From contig OZ244744.1 of NCBI GenBank assembly GCA_965219455.1, forward strand, positions 1,600,001-1,664,000: DNA of 64,000 nucleotides, given 5' to 3'. Source of the stretch: Candidatus Latescibacterota bacterium (lineage in GTDB: Bacteria > Latescibacterota > UBA2968 > GCA-2709665). Under the pieces are notes generated by a model. The model worked only from the letters and a program-made list of their open reading frames with translations. It did no database searches and was not told where the DNA came from. Positions 1 to 10,667 of the stretch are shown here, in pieces (the stretch's first letter is position 1; every line of letters starts with the position of its first letter). The position numbers were made by a program, and so were the translations under genes.

Positions 1-887
1 GTGAGGATATCGGCCTGGTGGCGATCCTGCTGCCGCATTCGGAGTGCCCGGAGGCGGTGGAACGGGCGGCGGCGGCCGGTAAGCACGTGATTGTCGAGAA
101 GCCGATGGCGGATACGTCCGAGGGCATCCGGCGCATGATCTCGGCCACGGGAGAGGCGGGCGTCGCGCTGTCTTCACCCTACTGCTGGCGCGCGCATCCG
201 GCCTCCAGGAAGATCAAGGAACTCGTCGATGGGGGCCTGCTGGGGCAGATTGTCGCGCTCGAGGGGCGATGCGCGGCGGGTTCACCCCTGCGTTACCTGG
301 AAAACGGGATTTCACCCTGGCTGAATCAAAGGGGGGTTGCGGGCGGCGGCCCGATGCACAATCTGGGTACGCACTGGATCGATCTGTTTCGGTGGATCTT
401 GCAAGACGAGGTCCGGCTGGCGACCGGCATGGTGAGCCACCTGCAACATCACCTGGATATCGAAGACAACAGTTTCGGTATTGTAAGATTCAGGAGCGGC
501 GCGACGGCGACGCTGGATATCAGTTACTCCGTACCGAAGGCCTATCCCGCCGGCAGAGATCTTTTCATTGGCCTTCGTGGAACTCTGGGTTCGGCGTCGT
601 GGAGTCCGGCCTGGGGAGGAACAGCGGACGAAGTCTTTGTGGTGAGCGACCATCCCGATTTCTCGGGTGGACCACAGACGACGCTGCGGATCGCTTCTCA
701 GGCGACAGACGGTTACGGCGGTGTTTCGGGCCGGGTGTACTTGAACGAGACGGTCGACGCCATACTTGACGGGAGAACTCCCGGAATCACGGGAATGGAC
801 GGGCTGAGGGCGGTAGAGGTGGTCGAAGCGATTTATGCCTCTGCGGAAACGGGTAGGATCGTAACCGTGGGAGATTGCGGCGCTTGA
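1..887 (+). CDS. Gfo/Idh/MocA family oxidoreductase (5'-truncated by window edge)
   Basis: GKHVIVEKPMA motif, GGGPMHNLGTHWIDL motif, C-terminal 'GLRAVEVVEAIYASA'; frame open to the window start. Confidence 0.9.
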   Translation, partial: EDIGLVAILLPHSECPEAVERAAAAGKHVIVEKPMADTSEGIRRMISATGEAGVALSSPYCWRAHPASRKIKELVDGGLLGQIVALEGRCAAGSPLRYLENGISPWLNQRGVAGGGPMHNLGTHWIDLFRWILQDEVRLATGMVSHLQHHLDIEDNSFGIVRFRSGATATLDISYSVPKAYPAGRDLFIGLRGTLGSASWSPAWGGTADEVFVVSDHPDFSGGPQTTLRIASQATDGYGGVSGRVYLNETVDAILDGRTPGITGMDGLRAVEVVEAIYASAETGRIVTVGDCGA

Positions 888-1032
888 AGACGCCGGACAT
901 CAGGCAAAACAATAAGGAACAGCTGGCATTCGATCCACAACCGGCTGTTCCTTTTGTAACGTGCACAACGATTTCCGCGCCCGACCGGATGCCGCCTGGC
1001 CGAGATCCGCGGTGTTCTCAAAAGACTGGCGT

Positions 1033-2100
1033 CTACCACGCGTCCATTACGATTTCCCGCCCGGACAGGGAGGATTCGTAGATGGCCAGGATCAGGTCTA
1101 CGGACTTCCGGGCGGACTCGCCCGGGATATAGGGGTCGCGGTCGTCCAATACGGCGCGGGTGATGTCGTTCACGAGCCAGCCGTGTCCGGGCGCGACGGC
1201 GCTGGCGGCGCCCACGTTGCCGGCCGCAGCGATCTGCCGTGGGGGAAATGCGTCGACGGCGCGTCCGTCTTCCTCGGTGGTGGTGGCCCAGCGGGTGATC
1301 CGGGTGCCGCTCATGTTGATGGTCCCGGACTCACCGTGAAGTTCAATCCGGGACGCCTCGCCGGGGTTGCAGGACGTGGTGCCGATGAGCGTTCCGAACG
1401 CCCCGCTCTTGTATTTGATGGTGGCGACCGCGGTGTCTTCCACTTCGATGTCGCGCACCTTGTGCTCGGCGCGCGCGAACACGGATTCGACCTCGTCGTC
1501 TATCAGCCACAGCAGAAGGTCCACGCCGTGCACCCCCTGGTTCATCAGCGCGCCGCCGCCGTCGTCCTGCCACGTGCCTCGCCAGCCGGCGCTGTTATAG
1601 TACGCCTGAGAGCGGTGGTTCTTCATCAGGGCGTCGGCCAGCACCAGTTTTCCTAAATCGCCGTCTTTGATGGCGTTCCGCACTCTGATGGCTTCATCGC
1701 TGGTTCGACTTTGAAAAATGCAGCCGAGTTTGACGCCGACATCCCGGCATGCATCGATCATCCGGTTCATTTTCTCGCGCGTGACGTCCAGTGGTTTCTC
1801 ACACAGGGAATGCACACCGGCCCTTGCGGCCGCGATAACGTTGTCGGCGTGCATGCCGGAGGGAGTGCAGATACCGGCGATGTGCACGTCCGGATCGGCG
1901 ACCATATCCTGATAGTTCTTATAATATCTGATGCCGCCGGACTCGGCCGCGAATTGCTTTCCCTTATCTTCGTTGTAATTGCAGGCGGCAACCAGTTCCG
2001 CGTCGGGGCAGGCTTCGATTCCCGATCGGAAATGACCTGCAATCATGCCGGCGCCAATGATGCCCCAGCCGAGTTTGCTGTTTTTAGCCATTGTGTGCAT
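1033..2100 (-). CDS. Gfo/Idh/MocA family oxidoreductase
   Basis: GIIGAGMIA Rossmann motif, CTPSGMH, LCEKPL, GGGALMNQGVHGVDL. Confidence 0.92.
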   Translation of the reverse strand: MHTMAKNSKLGWGIIGAGMIAGHFRSGIEACPDAELVAACNYNEDKGKQFAAESGGIRYYKNYQDMVADPDVHIAGICTPSGMHADNVIAAARAGVHSLCEKPLDVTREKMNRMIDACRDVGVKLGCIFQSRTSDEAIRVRNAIKDGDLGKLVLADALMKNHRSQAYYNSAGWRGTWQDDGGGALMNQGVHGVDLLLWLIDDEVESVFARAEHKVRDIEVEDTAVATIKYKSGAFGTLIGTTSCNPGEASRIELHGESGTINMSGTRITRWATTTEEDGRAVDAFPPRQIAAAGNVGAASAVAPGHGWLVNDITRAVLDDRDPYIPGESARKSVDLILAIYESSLSGREIVMDAW

Positions 2101-2151
2101 CGTTCCTCTTGGGAGTTAAAGCGCGGCATACCGCGCGAGGACCGGATGGGT

Positions 2152-3225
2152 TCAGCCGGCGTGCCGGACCTCGACTTCCATGCCCGATCGGGCGGATTCG
2201 TAGATCGCCAGAATGAGGTCTACGGCGCCCCGTGCGGATTCACCGGTAACGTAGGGATCGCGGTCGTCCTGTATTGCCCGGATAAGGTCATCCACCAGGA
2301 AGACGTGGCTGGCAGATCCGATGGCCTTGGGATCGGCCACCGCCCCCTGAATTTCGATTTCTCTCGGCGGCTCGCTGTCTTCGGCGCGGCCGTCTTCTTC
2401 GAGGGTGTTCGCCCAGCGGGAGATCGAACTGCCGCTTACCGTGATGGTGCCGCGATTTCCGTGCAACTCGATGCGGCGGGCCTCGCCGGGGTTGCACGAG
2501 GTGGTGCCGATGAGCGCGCCGAACGCGCCGTTCTTGAATTTCAGATTGGCCACGGCTGTGTCTTCCACTTCGATGTCGCGCACTTTATGTTCGGCCCGCG
2601 CGAATACGGATTCGACGGGGCTGCCCATAAGCCAGAGGAGAAGGTCCACGCCATGTACGCCCTGGTTCATGAGGGCGCCGCCGCCGTCCAACGCCCAGGT
2701 GCCCCGCCAGCCCGCGCTCCTGTAATAGGCCTGGGAACGGTAATCCTTGAGGTAGGCGTCGGCCAGTACCATCTGACCCAGCAGGCCGTCCTGAATGGCT
2801 TTGCGTGCTCTGATCATGTCCGGACTGGTGCGGCTCTGGAAGACGCAGCCGAGTTTCACCCCGGCTTCGCGACATGCCACTGTCATTTCGGTCATGCGGC
2901 CGGCATCGATCTCGAGGGGCTTCTCGCACAGTACGTGCTTGCCGGCCCCTGCGGCCGCGGTCACGCCTTCGTGGTGCAAACCGGAGGGCGTGCAGACGCT
3001 GACGATGTCTACGCTTCCGTCTTGCACCAGTTCTTTATAGTCTGAATAAATACGGATGTTCGCAACGCCACTATCCATACCGGCAAGAAATGACCTGATC
3101 TGAGTCTCGTCGGTGTCGCAGACCGCCACCAGTTCGGCCTCGTCGCATGCGTCAATGGCCAGGCGATGGGTCGGCGCGATCACGCCGCAGCCAATGATGC
3201 CGAAACCGAATTTCCCGTTTTTCAT
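2152..3225 (-). CDS. Gfo/Idh/MocA family oxidoreductase (tandem paralog of 1033-2100)
   Basis: GIIGCGVIA, CTPSGLH, GKHVLCEKPL, GGGALMNQGVHGVDL; RBS GGAGG upstream. Confidence 0.92.
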   Translation of the reverse strand: MKNGKFGFGIIGCGVIAPTHRLAIDACDEAELVAVCDTDETQIRSFLAGMDSGVANIRIYSDYKELVQDGSVDIVSVCTPSGLHHEGVTAAAGAGKHVLCEKPLEIDAGRMTEMTVACREAGVKLGCVFQSRTSPDMIRARKAIQDGLLGQMVLADAYLKDYRSQAYYRSAGWRGTWALDGGGALMNQGVHGVDLLLWLMGSPVESVFARAEHKVRDIEVEDTAVANLKFKNGAFGALIGTTSCNPGEARRIELHGNRGTITVSGSSISRWANTLEEDGRAEDSEPPREIEIQGAVADPKAIGSASHVFLVDDLIRAIQDDRDPYVTGESARGAVDLILAIYESARSGMEVEVRHAG

Positions 3226-3312
3226 TCACTGCCTCCGTGTTCGCGCAACCCCGGCGGACGCAACGGTTATTGTGACACCGGACCGCGAGAAAAAAGAATT
3301 CGAGTCGGGTGA

Positions 3313-3341
3313 AATGTAGGATATGGCCGGCAGGTTGTCAA
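3313..3341 (-). promoter_or_regulatory. sigma70-like promoter for the Gfo/Idh/MocA pair
   Basis: Minus strand TTGACA-N17-TACATT. Confidence 0.55.
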
Positions 3342-3421
3342 TGAGCATTTTACGCTTTTCCGAAGGCGGGGCGGGCATATCTTAAGTGGTTGGCGAATCG
3401 CAGATAATCGGAGGTGCGGAC

Positions 3422-3879
3422 ATGGACATGAGGGAACCATCCGGCACGAGGATGCAAAGAATCGGACTGATCGCGGGACCCGTTCTTGCGATCCTTCTAC
3501 TCTTGTTCTTTGATCTGGAACCGGGGCGGCCGGCCGTGACCAGGACGGCTGCCGTGGCCCTAATGATGATGGTGCCGATCGTGCTGGCGGTGGTGTTGAA
3601 GCTGGAGGAAGCAACGGCGCGGGGACGTCTTGCTACGGGTCTGTTTCTCGGTGTGGCTTACAGCGCATCCATCGGCGGCGCGGCAACGCTGGTGGGCACG
3701 CCACCGAATCTCTCGTTCGCATCGTGTTCGGAACGGACCGCGTTCGGATGACGGATATGGCCCGTGTGGGGTTGATTTTGAATCTGATAGGGGTCGCGAT
3801 CGTCGCGGGCGCCATTTATACGCTGGGCGGGTCGGCTTTGGGAATCGAGTTAACGGGGTTACCGGACTGGGCGAAGTAA
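3422..3879 (+). pseudogene. SLC13/DASS-family anion symporter remnant with two large internal deletions
   Basis: N-terminus, then 'MMVPIVLAV...YSASIGGAATLVGTPPNLSFA', then out of frame 'IVFGTDRVRMTDMARVGLILNL...LPDWAK*'; about 150 codons versus about 450-500 typical for the family. Confidence 0.8.
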
Positions 3880-3895
3880 TCCGACGAGGAATGCT

Positions 3896-4894
3896 ATGTA
3901 CGAAGCTATTGACACGATCAGGCTCAAGTCGGGCGAAGCGGTGGAAGTGGGGGTTGTGAAAGGGCCGGACCCGGTCTGGGCAGAACGGATTGAGGCGCTG
4001 CTGGAGCACAAAGCCGAGATCTGGCGCTGGGGAAACACGATGGTGCTTCGGGAGCGACTGGAGGTCGAGGCGTACTTTTATATTCTGCATCGGGACGGGA
4101 TTCCGTTTGCCAATATGACCACGGTCGAAACGCGGGGGGTGGGGATTTTCGGGCACGTATATACAAAACCGGAGGACAGGCGAAAGCGGGCGGCGATGAA
4201 ACTGATGCGCTTGATGATGGATCATTTCAGAACGCGGGGCGGGCAGGCGCTCTACCTCGGGACAGGTTACGACTCGCACCCCTTTCACATCTATCGGGCG
4301 CACGGATTTGAAGGCCTCGAACCGCACAGCGGCTATATGGATTACTATACGACTTCAAAGGAAGCGTTCGAGACGGATTTTTTCTCGAAAGGACCGGCAG
4401 ATGTGGCGGGGCTGGACTGGCGGGACTGGCCTGCGTCGACGGCCCTGTTTTCGGGCGATTTTCCGGGTGTGACGCGGTGTGCGGGCATGCGAATATTCGG
4501 GCGGCGGTCTACCGAAAGCCCGCTGTTGCCGTTCATTCGGGACGCCGTGGCGCGACGGGCGGATGGCAAGCCGGCGCGCGTGAAGGTGTTGCGGCAGCGG
4601 GAGACGACGGCCGTGGCGGGCCTGGCGATGTGGTCGTTCGACCGTCTATGGCCCGGTAGCTGTGTGGTGGACGTGTATTGCCATCCGAATTTCTGGGACC
4701 GCTCCCGCGACCTGTTGGGTGCGTTGCCGCTACCTGAAGCGGACCGGTACCTGGCCTATTGCGACGCGGGGTTCGAACCGAAAGCAAAGGCGCTTTCGCA
4801 GGTTGGATTCCACCCGGCTGCCATCTACAAACAGCGAGCCGCCCGCGACAGAGCCGGAACGGCATACGTGGACGTGACGGTGTGGGAGAAATGA
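3896..4894 (+). CDS. GNAT family N-acetyltransferase
   Basis: Acetyl-CoA motif 'GHVYTKPEDRRKRAA' and 'HIYRAHGF'. Confidence 0.75.
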   Translation: MYEAIDTIRLKSGEAVEVGVVKGPDPVWAERIEALLEHKAEIWRWGNTMVLRERLEVEAYFYILHRDGIPFANMTTVETRGVGIFGHVYTKPEDRRKRAAMKLMRLMMDHFRTRGGQALYLGTGYDSHPFHIYRAHGFEGLEPHSGYMDYYTTSKEAFETDFFSKGPADVAGLDWRDWPASTALFSGDFPGVTRCAGMRIFGRRSTESPLLPFIRDAVARRADGKPARVKVLRQRETTAVAGLAMWSFDRLWPGSCVVDVYCHPNFWDRSRDLLGALPLPEADRYLAYCDAGFEPKAKALSQVGFHPAAIYKQRAARDRAGTAYVDVTVWEK

Positions 4895-4978
4895 GTGCGA
4901 ACCGGTGACCGGCGGCGACCGGAGGGAGGTTATACCGCGGCCAAAACACGGGGCGATCCGATGGATTGCCCCGTGTTT

Positions 4979-6742
4979 TCAATCGGCGGCGTTTTCCCGG
5001 GCCCGGGGAATACGCCACCCACTGGAGATCTCCTGCATGCGCACCATGCGTGCATAAAGGCCATCCTGGTCCATCAGATTCGCGTGGGCGCCGGATTCGA
5101 CAATACGTCCGCCGTTGCAAACGAGAATCTTGTCCGCATTGCGCACGGTGGAAAGCCGGTGGGCGATCACAATCGTGGTGCGATGGCGCGTAAGGCGGGC
5201 GATGGCTTCCTGGATGAGGATTTCGGTCTCGGCGTCCACCGATGAGGTGGCTTCGTCCAGGATGAGAACAGGGGCGTCTTTCAGCACGGCACGGGCGATG
5301 GAGAGCCGCTGCTTCTGGCCGCCGGAAAGCCGGACTCCGCGCTCCCCGACGAGCGTGTCGTACCCTTCCGGCAGATCCAGGATGAAGTCTTCCGCGTTGG
5401 CCGCCCTGGCCGCGTCACGGACCTGTCGATCCGTAGCGTCGGGACGGCCGAAGAGCAGGTTCTCGCGCACGGTGGCGTGAAAGAGGAAAACATCCTGGAA
5501 CACGGTAGCGACCTGCGAGCGCAGATAGGCCAGCGGAAGGGTACGGACGTCGTGCCCGCCAATGAATACGCCGCCTCGCTGCGGATCGTAAAAACGGGGG
5601 ATCAGATTGGCAACGGTGGTCTTGCCGGCGCCGGTGGGGCCTACAAGGGCGATAATTTCGCCGGCGTCGGCATCAAAGTCGACGCCGTGAAGCACGGGAT
5701 TCTTGTGATCGTATCCGAAGGTGACATTCTGAAAACGGATGTTCCAGGTCATGGCTTGCGGCGTTCGGGCTTCGGGGGCGTCATTGATGTCCGATTCGAC
5801 GTCAAGAAGCTCGAAAACACGGTCGGTGCTTGCCGCGGCCTTCTGCAGAATGTCGTTAATCGAGGCGAGTTGGAGAAAAGGCTGGTAAATGTGCCCCATG
5901 TAGACGATAAAAACGAAGAGGTCCGCAACGGAAATTACACCTTCCAGTGCCATTTTGCCGCCGCTCCAGATCACCAGGACGATGCCTATTCCCCCCGCGG
6001 CCTCGATGATGCCGGCCGGTAGAATGGAGATGCGGTTGGCTGTTACGCTGCCGTCTCTGAATTTAAGGCTCTGGGCTTCGATAAGGCGGGCGCGCCGGTG
6101 TTCCTGAGCGAAGGACTTGATTACCGGGATGCCGGAGAAGCTGTCCTGGACCAGCGCGATCAGGTCCGACAGGTGCGCGCGCACGGCGGCCCAAAGGGCG
6201 CGGACTTTGGAGACGTAACGGTATACCAGCAGGGCCGTCAGCGGAATCGGGATCAGGGTGATGAGCGCGAGTTCGGGGTTCAGGCTGAACAGCACAACGA
6301 TCATTGAAACGGGTATGATCGCGGCCAGCGCGGTCTCCGGGATGCCGTGGGCGACAAAGTCTTCAAGGGCTTCGACGTCGTTGACTGAACGTGCGATAAG
6401 GTTGCCGGTCCGCTGCTTGTTGAAAAAGCGATGGGGCAGGTTCTGAAGGTGTCGATATATCTTCACCATCAGGTCGTGCATCAGACGATAGGCGGCAATA
6501 TGAGAAAAGAAACCGTAACCGTATCTGGCCGCGCCCCGAAAGAGGTAGACTCCTATCAGCAGCAGGCTGGTCCGAGTCAGATCGGCGGAATCGGCGCCTT
6601 CCGTCAGCCAGCGGATGAGTTCTCGGATGAGCAACGGGGGTAAAAGGTTGGCGGCGGCAAACAGCAGCCCACATGCGACGGTGAGGGCGATGAGACGTCG
6701 TTTACCCTCCAGAATACGGTAGAATTGGACGAGAAAGTACAT
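4979..6742 (-). CDS. ABC exporter, fused permease/ATP-binding (MsbA-like)
   Basis: N-terminal TM domain; Walker A GPTGAGKTT, LSGGQKQR, LILDEATS. Confidence 0.95.
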   Translation of the reverse strand: MYFLVQFYRILEGKRRLIALTVACGLLFAAANLLPPLLIRELIRWLTEGADSADLTRTSLLLIGVYLFRGAARYGYGFFSHIAAYRLMHDLMVKIYRHLQNLPHRFFNKQRTGNLIARSVNDVEALEDFVAHGIPETALAAIIPVSMIVVLFSLNPELALITLIPIPLTALLVYRYVSKVRALWAAVRAHLSDLIALVQDSFSGIPVIKSFAQEHRRARLIEAQSLKFRDGSVTANRISILPAGIIEAAGGIGIVLVIWSGGKMALEGVISVADLFVFIVYMGHIYQPFLQLASINDILQKAAASTDRVFELLDVESDINDAPEARTPQAMTWNIRFQNVTFGYDHKNPVLHGVDFDADAGEIIALVGPTGAGKTTVANLIPRFYDPQRGGVFIGGHDVRTLPLAYLRSQVATVFQDVFLFHATVRENLLFGRPDATDRQVRDAARAANAEDFILDLPEGYDTLVGERGVRLSGGQKQRLSIARAVLKDAPVLILDEATSSVDAETEILIQEAIARLTRHRTTIVIAHRLSTVRNADKILVCNGGRIVESGAHANLMDQDGLYARMVRMQEISSGWRIPRARENAAD

Positions 6743-6842
6743 GGTTGAAATACAGTTCCCGCGGGAAAGAGTGATCTTGTGTTAACCCCCGGGCCCGAGG
6801 CCGGGTTTTTCGGGTACGCCGCAATTGACGTATCGGACCTTA

Positions 6843-6871
6843 AACGTAGGTTTCTGCGGGAGTAAAGTCAA
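6843..6871 (-). promoter_or_regulatory. sigma70-like promoter for the ABC exporter
   Basis: Minus strand TTGACT-N17-TACGTT. Confidence 0.4.
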
Positions 6872-7174
6872 CTCTTTTGACCCGCGAAGCCTGTGCACTC
6901 GAATTTTCGGTTGTGTAAGAAGGACTTACGCTCTATATTGTAGTCTGGTGTACAAAAATTTAGCTATCTTAATACCAGAATGCACTAAATTAAAATATCT
7001 ACTTATGTAATTCCGGCCGTCGAAGACAAAGGATTTCGTATCGAAGGAATGGGTGCAGCGGCTTCCGTCGGCTAACATCTTCGGCGGCAAAATGCCTCGA
7101 TCGCGCCGGTGGCCAATCGACGAGCGGGTCGGGGTGCGTGCGTGTGTCCACCCAGTGAGGGAGCGTCGAACGAG

Positions 7175-8200
7175 ATGTCGAAGTTTACCATTGATCCAAT
7201 CGAGAACGAAACTGCGCTGGTCGATCAGATGACTGAACCGATTCCAGAGGTCGCGGATGCGGTATCCGGAATCGACGGCGAGGTGATGATACTGGGCATC
7301 GCCGGAAAAATGGGACTGACACTGGGCGAACTTCTGGTGCGTTCCGGCGCAAGGGGCGTCATCGGGGTCTCGCGGTTTTCCAATCCGGGTGACCGGGACT
7401 ACCTGGAATCCAGGGGGATAAGGACCGAACGGTGCGACCTGATCGACGACGATTCGTTGCGCAGTCTGCCGGACGTGGGCCACATTATCCTGCTGGCCGG
7501 CCACAAATTCGGTTCAACCGGGAATGAGCCCCTCACCTGGGCAATGAACGCGCTGCTTCCCGGAAAGGTGATGCAGCGGTTTCCCGATTCCCGAATCGTT
7601 TATGTGTCCTCGGGGAACGTCTACCGGTTTGTCTCTCCGGAATCGGGCGGCTCGGTGGAGTCGTCGCCGTTGGACCCGGTCGGGGAATATGCGCAGTCCC
7701 GCCTGGGGGGCGAGCGGCTGGCGGCATACTACGCGGAGCGGAACGGCACGCCGCTCGCGATTATCCGGTTGTTCTACGCAACGGAGTTGCGCTACGGCGT
7801 GTTTCTGGATATCGCCCAGCGAGTGTGGAGCGGGCAACCGATCGATCTGACCATGGGATATGTTAACCAGATCTGGCAGGGCGATGCGAATGCCTATCTT
7901 GCGCGTAGCTTTCCGCTCTGTGAAAGCCCCCCGCGGGTGCTCAACCTCACCGGGTGCGATCTGCTGGAAGTCCGAGACGTTGCGCTGAAGCTCGGCGAAC
8001 TGATGGGGCGGGCGCCTGTTTTCGAGGGCGAGGAGAGTCAGACGGCCCTGTTGGGCAATGCGGGGGCGTTATTCGACCTTATGGGACTGCCCCGGGTCTC
8101 GTCCGGGGGAATGATGGAATGGGTGGCCGCGTGGGTGATGCACGGGGGACCGACCCTGGGCAAGCCGACAAAGTACGAAGCACGGAACGGCAAATTTTAG
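7175..8200 (+). CDS. NAD-dependent epimerase/dehydratase
   Basis: ILGIAGKMG, SSGNVY, 'EYAQSRLGGER'; start placed at ATG 7175. Confidence 0.85.
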   Translation: MSKFTIDPIENETALVDQMTEPIPEVADAVSGIDGEVMILGIAGKMGLTLGELLVRSGARGVIGVSRFSNPGDRDYLESRGIRTERCDLIDDDSLRSLPDVGHIILLAGHKFGSTGNEPLTWAMNALLPGKVMQRFPDSRIVYVSSGNVYRFVSPESGGSVESSPLDPVGEYAQSRLGGERLAAYYAERNGTPLAIIRLFYATELRYGVFLDIAQRVWSGQPIDLTMGYVNQIWQGDANAYLARSFPLCESPPRVLNLTGCDLLEVRDVALKLGELMGRAPVFEGEESQTALLGNAGALFDLMGLPRVSSGGMMEWVAAWVMHGGPTLGKPTKYEARNGKF

Positions 8201-8262
8201 GTTGAGAAAAAGCCAGACCACCGCTGGATGGGCGGTCTGCATTATCGGGTTGGGAGATTCCG

Positions 8263-9582
8263 GTGACGGACGAACTGAAGGCCGGCGTTGCCGAGGTCAA
8301 TATTACGCCGCCAATCGGCGTTTCGCTGTGTGGATTCGGTAACCGGAAGGGGCCTGCCGAAACGGTTTTCGACGATCTGTTCGCGCGCGCTTTGGTACTT
8401 GAAGACGGCCAGACGCGGCTGGCGATCGTAACGTCGGATCTCATCTCATTTGCGCCCGACCTCGTGGAGCGTATACGGGATCTGGTTGAACACGCGGCGG
8501 GCATACCGGGCGCATGCCTGTTGTTGAACGGTTCCCACTCTCATTCCGGTCCCACAGTGATGTCGTTTCGCAGCATGGGCCAGCGGGACGGAGCATACGA
8601 GGACGTGCTTTGCCGGCAGGTCGCGGGCGCCGTCCGGATGGCGGCGGACCGGCTGGAGGCCGTTTCGCTTCGCGCGGGCCGCGCGCCTGTCAGGATTGCC
8701 CATAACCGGCGCGCCCGTCGTAACGGACGGATGACGATCGGACACAACCCGGAGGGCCCCGAAGCCCCCTGGGTGGACGTGCTTGGCATCGACCGTCGTT
8801 CGGGTTCCACGTTGGGGCTTCTTTATGTAACGGCGGCCCACCCCGTCAACCTGGGGGGCCTGGCGTTCAGTGCGGAATTTCCGGGATATGCGGCACGGTC
8901 TATCCGGCGCGAGTTAGACGGTGTGCTGCCGATGTTTGCGCAGGGCTGTTGCGGCGACATCAACTGTACGCCGATGGACGGCACGTTGCAGACAACGATA
9001 AGTCACGGTGAATTGCTGGGCAACGCGGCTGTGACTGCTGCCCGGCACGCTGAGCCATTGCGGTCGCATCGCCTGGGGGTGGCGCGCCAGGTGATCCATC
9101 TGCCCACCAGAATCCCTTCGGTGGATGAGGCGGAACGCGGGCTCGAAGAGCAGAAAACCCGAGTGAGGCAGGCAGAGCAGGACCCCGAGGCGACCGACTA
9201 CCTGATTCGTCAGTACCGGGGGCAGATCGAATGGGCGGAAGACTATCTGCGGGCCGCACGGAGCCGCCACCCCAGGCCGGAGGCGTTCGAGATTCAGGCG
9301 ATGCGCATTGGCGAGACGGCCCTGGTGGCCTACCCGGGCGAGATGTTCGTGGATTATCAACTGGAAATGGATCGGGCGTCGCCATTCAAGAAGACGTTCA
9401 CGCTGGGGTATAGCAACGGATGCATCGGATATGTGCCGACGGCGGAGGCATTTCCGGAGGGCGGGTACGAGGTCGACCACGCGTTCCGATACTATGGTAC
9501 GCTGATGATTACGTCGACCTGTGAACGAATGATCAAATCTGCTACGCTGGAAATGCTGCACGGGTTGAATCGCAACGAATGA
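8263..9582 (+). CDS. neutral/alkaline ceramidase-like hydrolase
   Basis: GVAEVNITPP, DDLFARALVL, SHSHSGP, QGCCGDIN, PGEMF, GYVPT...GGYE. Confidence 0.85.
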   Translation: MTDELKAGVAEVNITPPIGVSLCGFGNRKGPAETVFDDLFARALVLEDGQTRLAIVTSDLISFAPDLVERIRDLVEHAAGIPGACLLLNGSHSHSGPTVMSFRSMGQRDGAYEDVLCRQVAGAVRMAADRLEAVSLRAGRAPVRIAHNRRARRNGRMTIGHNPEGPEAPWVDVLGIDRRSGSTLGLLYVTAAHPVNLGGLAFSAEFPGYAARSIRRELDGVLPMFAQGCCGDINCTPMDGTLQTTISHGELLGNAAVTAARHAEPLRSHRLGVARQVIHLPTRIPSVDEAERGLEEQKTRVRQAEQDPEATDYLIRQYRGQIEWAEDYLRAARSRHPRPEAFEIQAMRIGETALVAYPGEMFVDYQLEMDRASPFKKTFTLGYSNGCIGYVPTAEAFPEGGYEVDHAFRYYGTLMITSTCERMIKSATLEMLHGLNRNE

Positions 9583-10562
9583 AACGTGAGGCGTGTGTGC
9601 GCTTTTTGCTTTTGTGCGGGCTATTGTGCATCGGGGCGACGCCATCCGGGGGCGGGGAGATAAAGAAAGAGTCTTTCGCCAAAGGGACGAATTCGGCGGC
9701 GGCGGCCTTTGCACGGTATCGCCCGAAACGGATAGGTCTCATCGTATTGGCGTCGGACAGGGACCCGGATATCGGACTCCGGTACGCCGGGCGGGTTTTG
9801 CTGGGCTTCAGCCGTCAACTGGAGGGGGACCCATTTCGGATGCTGCCCAGGTACGAACTCCGTCTGTACGAAGCGATCCGCACGGCACTTCAAGACAGGG
9901 GATACGAGGTAAAATACCAGGGCGGCTGGAGCGGATTGCGGCTGGGAGAGGTGATTGAACGGGCGCCGGACGTGGACGCCGTGTGTGTGGCACATTACTA
10001 TATAAAGCGCAACCACAGGATCGGCAACTTCGACGGCTTCAGCTGGTCGTCCCCTTTCGAGGGTATGCATCTGAATCTCCGGGCGGAGTTCTTCCACGCC
10101 GATAGTAAGGAATCGCTTTACCGGCTGGAAGCAACGTCGGTAGGTACAGAGGAACTTTACGCCAAACTCGGAAAAATGGTGACCGAGGAACCGCTTTATC
10201 CCGACGGTTACGACGAGCATGGGAGTCCCAATGCCTACAGGATTGCAGTATACCAGACCTCACTTCGAGACTTGAAACTGGCCGAGCATCCGGTCCCGAT
10301 TATTCGCACGGCGGAGGGATCACTCGATATCACGTACGACGGTGGATGGGTCCGTAAAGGAACGGTACGATTAAGAAACGTGATGGGACGACTCAATATT
10401 CCCATCCCGGAGGAAGTTGCCAAACGGAACAGCGTATTGGCCAGGATGCTCGAATACGTACCATTTCGCCCCAGAGACGACGATCGAGAATATTTCGATC
10501 TTCTGGGTGTCGCTCAAATCGCCCGTTTGCTTCAACAGAGAATTCCCGAACGAGGTCCGTAG
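9579..10562 (+). CDS. hypothetical exported protein
   Basis: ATGA overlap with upstream gene; N-terminal signal-like hydrophobic segment. Confidence 0.65.
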   Translation: MKREACVRFLLLCGLLCIGATPSGGGEIKKESFAKGTNSAAAAFARYRPKRIGLIVLASDRDPDIGLRYAGRVLLGFSRQLEGDPFRMLPRYELRLYEAIRTALQDRGYEVKYQGGWSGLRLGEVIERAPDVDAVCVAHYYIKRNHRIGNFDGFSWSSPFEGMHLNLRAEFFHADSKESLYRLEATSVGTEELYAKLGKMVTEEPLYPDGYDEHGSPNAYRIAVYQTSLRDLKLAEHPVPIIRTAEGSLDITYDGGWVRKGTVRLRNVMGRLNIPIPEEVAKRNSVLARMLEYVPFRPRDDDREYFDLLGVAQIARLLQQRIPERGP

Positions 10563-10667
10563 GAGGATTCGTGGAACGGTACTGCTGCGCAATACGTCAG
10601 CATAGAGCGTTCGCGAGCATAATGTCCGGCCGTTCGGTCCTTATTCAGAAGAAAAGGATACGAATAC

